NCBI GenBank assembly: GCA_030295235.1
Contig: AP026164.1
Location: 2,232,001-2,296,000 of the forward strand
Direction: 5' to 3'
Source of the DNA: Fistulifera solaris
Taxonomy: Eukaryota
DNA: 64,000 nt
Made by a program: the position numbers and the translations under genes. Shown piece after piece: positions 49,306 through 61,347 of the stretch. Below the pieces are notes generated by a model, which was not told the DNA's origin, did no database searches, and saw only the letters and a list, made by a program, of their open reading frames with translations. How positions within the stretch are numbered: the stretch's first letter is position 1; each line of letters opens with the position of its first letter.

Positions 49306-49570
49306 ATTCTTTGACAATAAAATAAAATAAAGGAAGGGGGATGTGAAAAGAAAGAAAGGCAATGCCATCCTTCGAACGTCTACGTGTTATCCGCGTAGCT
49401 CTCGTAGGAATTTTTTCGATGTCGAGACTACAGTTTTTGCTACAGTCATCTAGGGGTACCCGGATATGCGGCCGTTGACCATTAACAACAACAACATCAC
49501 ACGTCAAAAGTATTGCCTTTTTCAGCATATTATTCATCGTGGAATGCTATTCTTCTTCCTCTACTACTAA

Positions 49571-49790
49571 ATGACAACTACAAATACAACACCAGACTGG
49601 AATTTGGCCTATCAGCAATTGCAAGCGGCCCAAAAACGGGTCGAATTGATGCAAGAACAGGTGCAATTGGATCGTTTGTTGTTGCAACAAGACAAACGCA
49701 ATTTTCGGCGTCGTTGGAAGGCACGGAATGCCGCATTACGACACGAACGGGAGCGTGAGCAGGAACAGACCACTATTAACAATAACAATC

Positions 49791-49869
<79 letters not shown>

Positions 49870-50956
49870 GATAATACAAGAACTTGAACAACGCCTGCAA
49901 CAATACGAACAACAAATTCAAAAGCAGCAACAAACCGAACAAGAATTACAAGAACGAATTCTCAGTTACGAAATGCAATTACTCGAATTGGAGCGTCCAA
50001 CATCCAGAGACAAGCAGCAAGAAGAAGTGGATAGAATGAGTGAGACTTCGAATGCGCGGCATTTGTTGTTGCGGCAAGAACAAGAGTTGCAACAAAAGCA
50101 CGCTCAACAACTGCAACAACAACAACAACAAGAATTGACGACCTTGCATCAAGCGGAACGTGCCGCGTGGGACAACGAACGAACAGCATTGCAACAACAA
50201 ATACAAGAATTGCAGCAGCAGCAACAACAACAACAACAACAACACCACCACCAACAACAACAACAGAAAGAGCCACGCTTACAAAAGGAGCATGAAGAGG
50301 CACTCGCGGCAGCACCCTCGCCTCGTCCAACAGTATCCACCCTTCCTTCCTCTACAAATCTTTCTACCATTCCTTCTATTCCTTCTACCATTCCATCAAC
50401 TCCTCCATCGACTCCGAATAATAATAACAATAATACACAATGGGTCATGGAACACGCGTGGCACAGTGAAACGTACAAAGGCTTGTATACGGGGACGTGG
50501 GATGGTCAACAACCGCACGGAGGTGTTGGTACCCTCCGCGTCGATGATGGGACTGTCCTTTTTGGGAATTGGCAGCAAGGACAATTGCATCACCATGGTG
50601 TCATTGCGTCCATGGATGGAGATTTGTATTATGGTGCCTTTACCAAGGGTCGCAAACATGGATACGGCGTCTTGGTGTGGAGTGATGGACGGTTGTATAT
50701 GGGATTGTTTCGGGACGGACTCCGGGACTGTCCCGACGCGACCATGACGTGGCCGTACGGAGCGACGTATCGCGGAAGTTTTCGACACGACAAACGGAAT
50801 GGTCATGGTGTCTATGTATATGCCGATGGTCGGTGTTATACCGGTATGTATCAAGACGATCGGCCGCATGGACCCGGTACCTTGACCGACAAAAATGGAA
50901 ATGTCTTGTATCATGGACAATGGGAATGGGGGGAGTTTTTGCCTCATGCGAAATAA
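49571..50956 (+). CDS. PolyQ/coiled-coil protein with C-terminal MORN repeats
   Basis: Repeats YYGAFTKGRKHGYGVLVWSDGRLYMG and YRGSFRHDKRNGHGVYVYADGRCYTG. Confidence 0.88.
49790..49867 (+). repeat. Pure (CAA)26 microsatellite encoding polyglutamine
   Basis: Uninterrupted in-frame CAA run followed by CAG. Confidence 0.95.
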
Positions 50957-51116
50957 TGACGAAGAAAAGGGAGGAGAGCGAATGAGTATAAGCCTCGCTA
51001 GCCATGAGTCAAAAGTAGTATTTGAACGAACCAGTAGAAAGGAAGGCATAATAGTGATTCAATGCGCTAATCTTTAAAAAGATAATTTATCGTAGCAATA
51101 ACATGATGCGTTATTC

Positions 51117-51956
51117 TTATATTGTCTTGGGAGTATGTTTCCCGCGTTTTCGATGATTCGATGATGTTGTCGTATCCCATCCCCACTGATGACTCAAATA
51201 TTGCTGAAATTCCACCTTGCACCGTTGCACCATACTTGACATGTACCGTCGTGGCGCCACGTTCGTCTCGTACAAGGGCAAAGTATCCATATGATCCGGA
51301 ATGTGTTGATAGTGTTTTTGCTTGTTCCTCCGACAACCACCACCACCACGCAGATACCATTGACACGCCAAATAGGTCACCAAATACAGAGCCGCCGTTT
51401 GGTACGCCGTCGTTGCCGCCGGCAATCGTTCCAGTGGCAACATATGGACGGGTCGCGTCCGAACGCGATGGTGGGTATTGGTAATGTACGTATTTTGGAC
51501 CTGCAGGGCACCATGGATATAAAAGGGTTGGGTATCGAACAAGATCCCCAACCACAATAAGACACCGACGGCAATGAGAGAAAAGTACGCACACGTCTGT
51601 ACACAACCGCGTTTCGTAAACAAAGGTGGCGGTGGTAATTTGTGCCGTACGGGCACATCGTCGTCCTTCCATGATGACGATGATTGATGATAACTGGATC
51701 GGGCGTATTGGGCATCGGACAAATGATGGGCGGTGCGATGTAGTTTCCATTGTGGTGGCGGTAATTCAATGATTGTAGTTGTAGATGTCAGAGTAGTAGT
51801 AGTAGTAGTAGTAGTCGTCGTCGTCGATGATAGAGTCTCATACGGATGATCCAGTGGCCCTCGAGCACGTCGTTTGGAAATTCCCATGGGAGGCAATAAG
51901 GATGACATAGAAACGGGTAATGGTGATGATCGTCCCGGTTCGTTGCGTGGTCGCAT
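51117..51956 (-). CDS. Two-TM protein, possibly RNASEK / V-ATPase subunit f-like, with long low-complexity extensions
   Basis: CVQTCAYFSLIAVGVLLWLGILFDTQP and TAYQTAALYLVTYLACQW resemble the two RNASEK helices. Confidence 0.45.
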   Translation of the reverse strand: MRPRNEPGRSSPLPVSMSSLLPPMGISKRRARGPLDHPYETLSSTTTTTTTTTTTLTSTTTIIELPPPQWKLHRTAHHLSDAQYARSSYHQSSSSWKDDDVPVRHKLPPPPLFTKRGCVQTCAYFSLIAVGVLLWLGILFDTQPFYIHGALQVQNTYITNTHHRVRTRPVHMLPLERLPAATTAYQTAALYLVTYLACQWYLRGGGGCRRNKQKHYQHIPDHMDTLPLYETNVAPRRYMSSMVQRCKVEFQQYLSHQWGWDTTTSSNHRKRGKHTPKTI

Positions 51957-53189
51957 GGCGTGTGTGTCTATTTGCTGCGAATTACCCTTGCTCCTTCATT
52001 CAGTTTTCTAATGTGAGCAAGCACGCCCCAATGTAATATCTTTTTAACGAACTTGAAAAAGGAAAAAGAACGAATGACTTCACTCGTTTTTGCGGATTGT
52101 TTGTTTCTTTTCCTCAAAATTTTAACAGGAAAGGATCATTCCCACCTATTAACTGTCTAACTGTCTAATACTGAATGAATGCTCAATAAATGAATACTAA
52201 TGTAGGAATAACCAGAATAAAAAATCGAACAAACGGGCTTATCAGTATCATCCTCATGGTGTCATTCTCTCTCACTCTCATCGTGTCCTCGCATGACTGC
52301 CGCCGCCTTTTGTGTGAAAACGGGTGTGTGTTGGTTTTCTCGTCCGTCCGTCCGTCCGACTCACGCGAAACACGAATGAAATAAGATCGGTCATACGGCC
52401 AGACCAAGGGAACGGCACGGAACACGGAAGATCACGAACTTTTGAAAGAACGACTTCGCTTCAGAGGTAGGTAGGTCAAGTTATGATGTATCTATTTGAC
52501 GAACCAAAAGATGTTCAATGCCTCTACCTGGTATAGCACGTCGAGCAGCCACCCTGAATAATGTTGCCCTCCTTTCTCACTAGCATCTAAAGTGTAGTCG
52601 CAAATTAAACGTGACTGCAGTTCAGTCATGAGATCCAAACCATCGGTTTGGTTCAAACCGTCGCTCTCTTTGCCACAAAGTCAAATAAAGTAGTGAACTA
52701 AATGGAAAGATAAAAGCGATATATATTTGTTGATACTAGCTACTGTTTGGTTTTCGCTTTCCATTGTTTTCACCAATTATCGTTCCGAAGAGAGTGAAGC
52801 GTGGACTTGACCACGACTGGATTTCCGTCACGAGGTGATCAAAGAAGATGACCCGGAGGCCCTGACTTCAACGCATCGGCGGACGCAAAACGTTCAACGA
52901 GAAAGAAGCGTGTGTCAATCAATCAACTCTACTCTTTCAACCTCAACAACTATTTTCACAACAGCTTCTTTCTTTGCTACCTAAAATAGGTTGCTTCTTT
53001 CATCGACTTTGTTCAGCAACAAAGAGAAGACACGCGATCCATTCTAGCAAGGAAAGAGAAAAAAAACACAATCACGTGCTCTTTGGTTGAAAGCAAGCAA
53101 CAACCAAGGCCCCTCGTCAACCATCGACCATCGATAGACATTTCACTGACAATTACTCCTTCAAATCGACAAAAAAAATAATAATAATA

Positions 53190-54692
53190 ATGTGTCCTCG
53201 TCTTTCTCAACGTTTTCCTCAATTCGCGCTATTGTGGCTTCTTGTACTGCAAGGGACGTCCGCCTGGGTATCGAATACTGCTCAGAGGCATCACCATCTA
53301 CGACAACTACTACCTCTGTCGGTCAAAAAGACGCGAGTCCTTGATGACGCCATCACTTCTTCTTCTTCTTCGACAACGACAACGACAACCACCACGACCA
53401 CACAACCCAAAGCTACGATCCAAATTTTAATGTCCGATACCGGCGGTGGACACCGAGCTTCGGCGAACGCCTTGAGAGACGCGTGGAATACACTGTATCC
53501 GAACCAAATTGAATGTGACATTGTGGACATTTATACAGAATACGGACCGGTCTGGCCGTACAATGATTATGTGCGCATGTACAAACTCATGGCACAATAT
53601 CCTTGGACGTGGGATTTGTTTTTTCGCTTCGGTTCGACGCCCTTTGGTTTGTGGTTGAATGCGTTCCTTTTGGAAACCATTTGTTTTCAATCCTTTGTGA
53701 CGTGTTTGCAACAACCCGACTTTATTACGACAAAGAAACGTGCCGACATGGTCGTGTCCGTGCATCCACTGTGTCAAGACATTGCTTTGAAGATATTGGC
53801 GTATTTGGATACGAATGGCGCGACCCGGGATCCACAATACCGCACGACTCCCTTTTGTACCGTCGTGACCGATTTGGGTGGGGCGCATCCGACGTGGTTC
53901 CATCCCCAAGTTGATCAATGCTTTGTTCCGTCCGATGCGTTACGACAATTGGCATTGCAACGAAACTTACAGCCGTCACAAATTGTGCAACACGGATTGC
54001 CCATTCGACAAGGATTTTGGAATTCGCCATTGTCGAGTACGGAACAACCATCGAGTACCACGACGACTAGCAATACCAAAGCACCGCGGCACACCGCACT
54101 AGGATTGCATCCCGAATTACCCACTGTACTGTTGGTCGGCGGTGGTGATGGAATGGGTGGTTTGGTCGAAATGGCGTTATCGTTGCAACAGGAACTCCAA
54201 GATGCACAACTGGTGGTCATTTGTGGAAACAATCGGGCCGCACAAGAAACCTTGCAGCAGCACAGTGCTGCCAACAACATGGTCGTGCGAGGATTTGTGT
54301 CCAACATGGATGAATACATGCGTGCGGCCGATGTCTTGGTGACGAAAGCGGGACCCGGAACAATTGCGGAAGCTTGTATTTGTGGTTTGCCGTGTATGTT
54401 GTTTGCGTATTTACCGGGACAAGAAGAAGGGAATATTCCGTTTGTGGAACAAGGTGGTTTCGGTGCCTATTGCAGTGACCCGAAGGAAATTGCGACCACG
54501 GTCCGATCGTGGATTGCGGATCCCCAACAATTGGCGGTGATGCAAGAAAATGCTTTCAAGGCGGCTCGACCACAAGCGACTTTGGATATTGCACGCGATT
54601 TGGCGGAAATTGTATTTCGACACAATGAGAAGAAGGTGGATGGTGGAACAGGAAAAGGCGAAAGTAGTGGTGTCGTTGAAGCATCGTTGTAA
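53190..54692 (+). CDS. MGD: Monogalactosyldiacylglycerol synthase (GT28), plastid-targeted
   Basis: Signal peptide ending GTSA-W. ILMSDTGGGHRASA, VSVHPLCQ, TVVTDLGGAHPTWF, GLPIR, VGGGDGMG, TKAGPGTIAEA, LPGQEEGN. Confidence 0.95.
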   Translation: MCPRLSQRFPQFALLWLLVLQGTSAWVSNTAQRHHHLRQLLPLSVKKTRVLDDAITSSSSSTTTTTTTTTTQPKATIQILMSDTGGGHRASANALRDAWNTLYPNQIECDIVDIYTEYGPVWPYNDYVRMYKLMAQYPWTWDLFFRFGSTPFGLWLNAFLLETICFQSFVTCLQQPDFITTKKRADMVVSVHPLCQDIALKILAYLDTNGATRDPQYRTTPFCTVVTDLGGAHPTWFHPQVDQCFVPSDALRQLALQRNLQPSQIVQHGLPIRQGFWNSPLSSTEQPSSTTTTSNTKAPRHTALGLHPELPTVLLVGGGDGMGGLVEMALSLQQELQDAQLVVICGNNRAAQETLQQHSAANNMVVRGFVSNMDEYMRAADVLVTKAGPGTIAEACICGLPCMLFAYLPGQEEGNIPFVEQGGFGAYCSDPKEIATTVRSWIADPQQLAVMQENAFKAARPQATLDIARDLAEIVFRHNEKKVDGGTGKGESSGVVEASL

Positions 54693-55207
54693 TGCGATAG
54701 TAAAGGAGAAAACGAATAGACGTTGATCGTGTTGTTAAGGAAGGAAAAAACTGAATCTTTTGAAAAATATTCAAAAGACATTAGATTAGAAATTCATTCA
54801 ACAAGTTAAAATATTACGGAGTAGGAAAGCCCATCTTCGATCACAAATAACTAGAAGAGCGAGCTGCTTAGTAGTTTGGATTAATAATCGTTTCCATTAT
54901 GTTGGAATGCATGGAAATGATCATGTTCATTATCGATTATCGCCCATAGACGGGACTGACAATAAGTTGAATTGATAGTAGCTAATACCCTTTGTACAAA
55001 AGGCCGATACAGTGTCATTGTCAAGTATAATCTAGAGTAAGTACTGTGCATCTTTGTTCTGTTCCGCCGCATTTGTGTGACGTTTTGTTCCGACGACTTC
55101 CGATGCACGTCAAACGACAACAGACATTATTATTAGTATTTCTGTTCACATCACATGCCTGATTGTATAAGACTCTCTAGCAACAGCAACAAACAACAGA
55201 AGAAATA

Positions 55208-56526
55208 ATGGTCAAACACTACGAATGGGATCCACCGGATTTGTCGTTTGTACCGTACCGATTAGCGGCGCAAGCGATTGTCACACAATTGCAAACGGCC
55301 GGCCTGCCGATACCCCGAATTGGCATTATTTGCGGATCGGGTCTTTCGGGATTGTCACAAACCCTCCAAGCACCGACGTTGACGATTCCGTACGGTGATA
55401 TTCCGGGATTTCCTTCGCATTGTACTGTCGCAGGTCATACGGGAGAAGTTGTGTAAGTTACATGGAGAGCTGGATCGTTCGATCTTTCTTCGTTGCATGT
55501 GCATTCTTCGTTCGACCCAAAAAGACGATTCTTACTCACTTACTCACACGCTCGAATGAATATTTCGTTTCGTTTTTTTCTTTTTACAGATTCGGTTCAT
55601 TGTCTGGCGTACCCGCTATGTGTTTTCGAGGACGCTTCCATTCGTACGAGGGTCACGACATGAAGACGGTCGTCTTGCCCGTCCATGTCATGCGCTGTCT
55701 CAACGTCCAAATTTGTATTGTCACCAACGCGGCGGGAGCCTTGAATCCCTCGTACAGAGTTGGAGATGTTGTGTGCATCAGTGATCATTTGGCGTTGCCG
55801 CAATTGGCCGGAAAGAATCCACTCGTAGGACCGAATGATGATGAATTGGGACCACGATTCCCCGCCACGTCCAATGCGTATCCGGACGAGCTGCGAGAAG
55901 CGGCTCAAGCGGCGGCCGAAAAAATGGGGATTGATTTTCTGATTCCGCATGGCGTGTATTGTTTTGTATCTGGAGTACGTATACGATTTATCGTCAATTG
56001 TTTGTGTATCTTTGTGCGACAACGTTATACTCACCAACCTATCCTTCTAGCCCATGTACGAAAGCAAAGCCGAATGTCGTTTCTTGCGTTCGCTAGGTGG
56101 TGACGCTGTGGGTATGTCCACGATCCCCGAAGTCATTGCGTCACATCACTGTCAAATGAAAACTCTCGTATTGTCGCTCATGACCAACAAGGTCATTATG
56201 ACGGGCGATGAAGGGTCTCCCGTGGCGACACATGCGGAAGTCTTGGAAGCGGTACAACAGCGTTCGCAACAGATGCAGACGTTGGTGACAGAAATTGTGG
56301 CGCATCTGCGTGACCACGTGTTGCCGCACTCCGTGCCGTTGCCGAGTGTCACACTGAAAGTAAGTCGCGCCGCGCAACGGAATATGCCTTGTATCGGCAA
56401 GCGAGTTCCTTAACGGAAACGAATCGGCGTATTGCCACGAGCGACTGGCCGTGGTGGACAGGTGTTGCGGTGTTTTTCGCGGCTGGAGTGGGAGGTATGC
56501 TGTGGCACCATCGATCGTCGCGTTAA
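55208..56526 (+). CDS. PNP: Purine nucleoside phosphorylase (trimeric type); introns 55453-55589 and 55975-56050
   Basis: IGIICGSGL, TVAGH, GRFHSYEG, VTNAAGALN, GPMYES, DAVGMSTIPEV, HAEVL. The stop is either 56413 as assembled or 56526 if a base is missing near 56380. Confidence 0.95.
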
Positions 56527-57101
56527 AAAACGATAGAAGCTTGAAAAAAAAGAGAGTCGCGCATTGAATTTGGTGAATTGCAGGCAGTCTACAATAGAGC
56601 AATTGCTTTTAAAGACTATGACTGTAGTAAGCATTCGTAGAGATCATTTTTCAGCGACTGACTTATTTCCAACACGTCTCTAGAGAGAGAGCATTATTAT
56701 TTGGTCATGATTCATGATCAAATAAATCATTATCAAACCACAGGCAGGTAACAAGTGACGTAAGGAATAAGGTTACGAATTTTGAGGTACACACAATCAA
56801 TGATAGTCTAAAAATGGTTTCAGTCTACTAGCTGCAGATCGTCATGATCATTTAAGTAAAATCCGTAAAATTTGACAATGCAAAAATATCGGCGTCTCTC
56901 GAAAGATCGTGACAACGAGAAAGAAACCATTGCCAATCATTCAACAAAGGAAGGAAGCATAACATTAATTCCTTCTTTTGATTCTTCTTTTCATTTCCTC
57001 TCTCGAAAAATCAGCGATTACTTTAATCGCTGGATAACGATTTCCATTCATTTTAATCTTTTTACTACAAAATACAAAACGAAGCAAACAACGTTTCAAA
57101 G

Positions 57102-60100
57102 ATGTGGCAGCGATCTTCGGAGCATTCTTCGAGACGACGCATCGTCGTAATTGTATTACTGTGCAGTCTATTCCCCTCCGTTAACTCTTTTTCATATCAC
57201 AACCACAACAACCAGTTCCGCTATTTGCTACGAATAGTAGACAACCCGATCTTTCGAATGTCGATCCAGATCAAATTCGACGACGTCAATTGCTGGTGTC
57301 CCTCTTGACCAGCGCCAGTGTTAGTTTTACGGCTCAAACATCTTCGGCGACAGAAACTCCTGAAACCATTCTAGAAACAAACTCTCTACGCCAAGTCATT
57401 GTTCCTCCACTCGATGATAGTCACTACAAGACGTACACATTACCCAATGGATTGCGCGTCTTGTTGTGTTCCGATCCGACGTCCAACGAAGCGGCTGCGG
57501 CCATGGATGTCCATGTAGGCGCGTGTTCGGATCCGGTACAAGTTCCCGGATTGGCGCATTTCAATGAGGTACGCTGGTTTGCTTTTCTGCGTCTTGTTGG
57601 GCAAATAAGGTAATCTTTTACTCTCTCAACATCTACAACAGCACATGCTCTTTTTAGGGACCAAACCGTATCCACAAGAGGATTCTTTTGAATCGTTTCT
57701 GTCATCCAACGGAGGATCCTCAAATGCGTTCACCGATAGCTTAGATACGGTTTATTACTTTGATCTCAATGCGGATGGGGATGCCAAATTCGCGGAAGCC
57801 TTGCAACGTTTTGGATCCTTTTTCAGTGAGCCACTCTTTACCGAAGCAGGTATGCTTTAAAGTCGTTTGAGCATGTAATGTGTATAATCTCGTCTCACTC
57901 TTTTGTTGTACCATCTTTACTTGCTCTCCAATGCAGCGACGGGTCGAGAACTGAATGCCATTGAAAGTGAAAACGCCAAAAATTTGCAACAAGATTCATT
58001 TCGTGTGTTTCAACTGGCTAAAGCACGCGCCAATCCGGTTCATCCCTTTAGTAAATTCTTTACGGGAAACAAGGCCACGCTGTTGGACGGTACTCTCGCA
58101 CAAGGTATCAATCTACGCAACGAATTGATTCAGTTCTATCAAAAGTACTATTCGGCCAATCAAATGACCTTGGCGGTTGTGGGCCCTCAATCATTGGAGC
58201 AATTGCAAGACATGGTAGAGAAGGCATTTTCGAAAATACCCAACCGCGACGTGCCAGCGCCCGAAGAATCCTGGCGTGGCATTCCGCCGTTCCCCAACGA
58301 CAATACATTCAATTCGAGTCCCATTCCCGCCTTTCGGCATATTGTAGAAGTCGTTCCGGTCCAGGACATTCGTCAAGTGACCATTTCGTGGCCCAAACTC
58401 ATTGATTCACCGGAGGACTTGATGTTGGGCCGACTGGATAAACCCAACAATTACGTGGCACATTTACTCGGCCACGAAGGACCAGGGTCTTTGTTATCGT
58501 ACTTGAAACAAAAAGGATGGGCGAATTCCGTAGCTTCTGCCAACGAAGAAGAGTTGAACGACTTCGAATCATTTGATGTTGTCATCGGTTTGACGACACA
58601 AGGCTTGGAGCAAGTCGACAATGTCATTGGGGCTGTCTTTTCGTACATTCGGATGATGCGCGAGCAACCTATACCAAATTACATTTTTGAAGAGGTTCTC
58701 AAAATAGACGAAATCCAATGGCGATTTACGACGAAGAATGGAGGAGCCGGTTACGTGCAGTCGTTATCCACTGCTATGCAAAAGTATCCTCCTGAGCTCT
58801 ATGTAGCCGGTCCTAGACGACTTGCGCTCAGCGAATACAACGTGGATCCGCCTTTAACAGGTAATCCACGATCATCATTCTCATCTCGCGCACAGCTAGA
58901 GAATACTCGATCTCTTGTCAATGACTATTTGAAAAGCTTGACCGCGGACAATGCCATTATAACGGTTCTCAGCAAAGCATTCGAAGGCAAAACGGACTCG
59001 AAAGAAAAGTGGTACGGAACCGACTACCGCGTCCGTGAGATTCCATCCAAGACATTGGATGAATGGAGAAACCCCACACCTGCCAAAAAGCTAAAGCTGG
59101 CATATCCGAAGCCAAACGTATTCATACCGACGGAAGACGGTCTGAGTGTCCGGATACCTAGATCAAAAGCGGAAGATTCCAGAAGTCGATCTTTTGAAGA
59201 TCGAATGGTTCCCATCCCACCACCACGAGTGATTCGAGATGACGGACCTAATGGTCGATGGAAGGTGTACTTTCGGAAGACGATCGTTTTGGTAAACCAA
59301 AAGGCTATCTCATTTTCCAAGTCATGTCGAAGGAAGTGTTTTCTTCTCCCTTCAAGGCTGCATTGTCCAATTTATTTGAATTATGTGCAACAGATCGATT
59401 GACCGAATACGCTTATGATGGTAAGCACTTGCTGCGCTTTTCATTATTCCCTCGTAAATGAGATGATTTACTAACCCACCGCAACCAAAGCCTCACTAGC
59501 GGGACTGACCTATGATATTAAGGTACTGCCACGCGGTGTTCGCCTTACCTTCGGTGGCTACAACGAGAAGCTTGTCCAGTTTGCTGCGTATGTATCGCGA
59601 AAACTCAGCAAGAACGTGAGAGATTTCCTCCCGAAAAATGATCAGGAATTCGAAAGATACAAGGATCAGATCATGCGCATGCTCGTTTCGTTTGATGTAA
59701 AGCAGCCGTATGCCCACGCGGCGTATTATTCCACTCTCGCTCTACAACCCCTGCACTATCAATACGATACAAACGAATTGAGAGAAGCGACGCGCAGACT
59801 GACTCTACCAGATCTGGTAGAATACACCAATCTACTTTGGAAATCAGGTAAAGGGGAAGCTCTTATTCAAGGAAATTTAATTGAGCCAGAGGCGTTGAGA
59901 ATAGTTGATCAAATCACGAGCGTCCTTCCTTTTCAACCAATCTCCGAGGCCGACGTTCCACCGAGAATACGTTCATTGCCTCTTCCGACCTCGAAAGCAG
60001 GTTCTCTTCCACCACTTCTTTATGTATCAGAGCCCAATCCATCGGATGAAAATTCATGTTGCAATGTCTTGATACAGAACATGGACGCATCTGAAAGAGA

Positions 60101-60707
60101 TCATGTCCTCATTGAAATGCTCGGATCTATTGTTCGCGAACCTTTTTACAACGAACTCAGAACCAAAAAGCAGCTTGGCTATATTGTCAGCTCAGGTGTT
60201 CGAGGACTTGGTGACGCTCGATCACTGACGTTTATTGTGCAGTCTAGCGTAGCAACAGCTGACACGTTAACCGTGGAGATTCTGAATTTTCTTGATAAGG
60301 TCGAAGAAGACATTCTACAGAGAATTTCGAACGCCGATGTGGCTGTTTACGCAAAGAGCTTGATTGACCGCAAAACGGAACGCGACAAAGACTTGGCAGT
60401 TGAAGTGACTCGAAATTGGGGTGAAATAGCTAGTGGACGATTGCAGTTCGATCGACTACAGAAAGAAGCCATTGCTTTGCTTAGCATTGAAAAGGCAGAT
60501 CTTGTTGATTTCTGGAGAAAACTTTACGCCAGTGACACTCGCCGGATGCTCATAACTCAGGTTGTACCCAAGGATGGGACTGCTTCATCCAAAGCACCCC
60601 CTCGGTCCACAGGTTTCGGAACACCAAGTTTTTCGTCGGATGCGCTCATTTTGGGCATCGACGACATAGAACAGTTTCGACGAAATCAAGAGCAACTGGT
60701 TGTGTAA
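57102..60707 (+). CDS. M16A insulinase/pitrilysin-like metallopeptidase with plastid/thylakoid-type presequence; introns 57569-57641, 57850-57936, 59421-59490
   Basis: TLPNGLRVLL, spliced GLAHFNE|HMLFLGT (HXXEH), GGSSNAFT, RELNAIESE, HLLGHEGPGSLLSYLK, FYNELRTKKQLGYIV. Confidence 0.93.
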
Positions 60708-61347
60708 CTTATTCTATGTTTGTCGGTCAGTGGGCTTCAGTGCGGTCGATATGTCGGCGATGTTGCGTTGCGGGTTGCGGCTCGACTTTCAATAAGACGG
60801 CTTGATCGCGACCAACAAGATGGGTATACTGAGTACTTTTGCTTTTGGATGTTCCAAATAAAGTTCTTATAAAAACTCATTGGCTGGAAAATTGCCGTCC
60901 TTGGGGTTTGTTTCAAGGGAGCAATCAATCCGCGCCACGTATTCTCTCTTAATAGTAAAGGCTTACCACAATTTGACTCAACACGTTTGTGTTTACTTCG
61001 ACTGCCAATATCATCTAAAAAGACGAGAACATGGCAAAGGCCGCTTTTTTGGGCGACTTTTGCAGTATCTATGAACGGTGTCCGGTGTACACACTTATTT
61101 AATGTCACCAGAACCGGACGACACTGCTCAAGTAGTGTTACGACACTATTGACACTGACGAAAAAATACTCGTGAAAAGCGACAAGGCGTGTAAATAAAA
61201 GCATCTTTTGATTGATTGGTTCGAGGGTGATCATATCATTCCTTTCGTTCAACTCAACCTTGTAAAAGACCTTTTATCAAAAAAGCAGCAATTCCCTCAT
61301 AGAAGTATTTGATCTCGTGTAGATTTGAAGGAGCCACAAGCGTAAAA

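Noticed and set aside
49736..50478. Minus-strand polyLeu/polyVal/polyCys ORFs
   Set aside because: These are antisense shadows of the CAA repeats in the MORN gene.
52630..52665. Hairpin CCAAACC...GGTTTGG next to GGTTCAAAC as a tRNA T-arm
   Set aside because: No cloverleaf, acceptor stem or D-arm can be built.
60737..61252. 171-aa minus-strand ORF between the insulinase and the NDC1-like gene
   Set aside because: Non-ATG start, no recognisable motif, and composition not convincingly protein-like.
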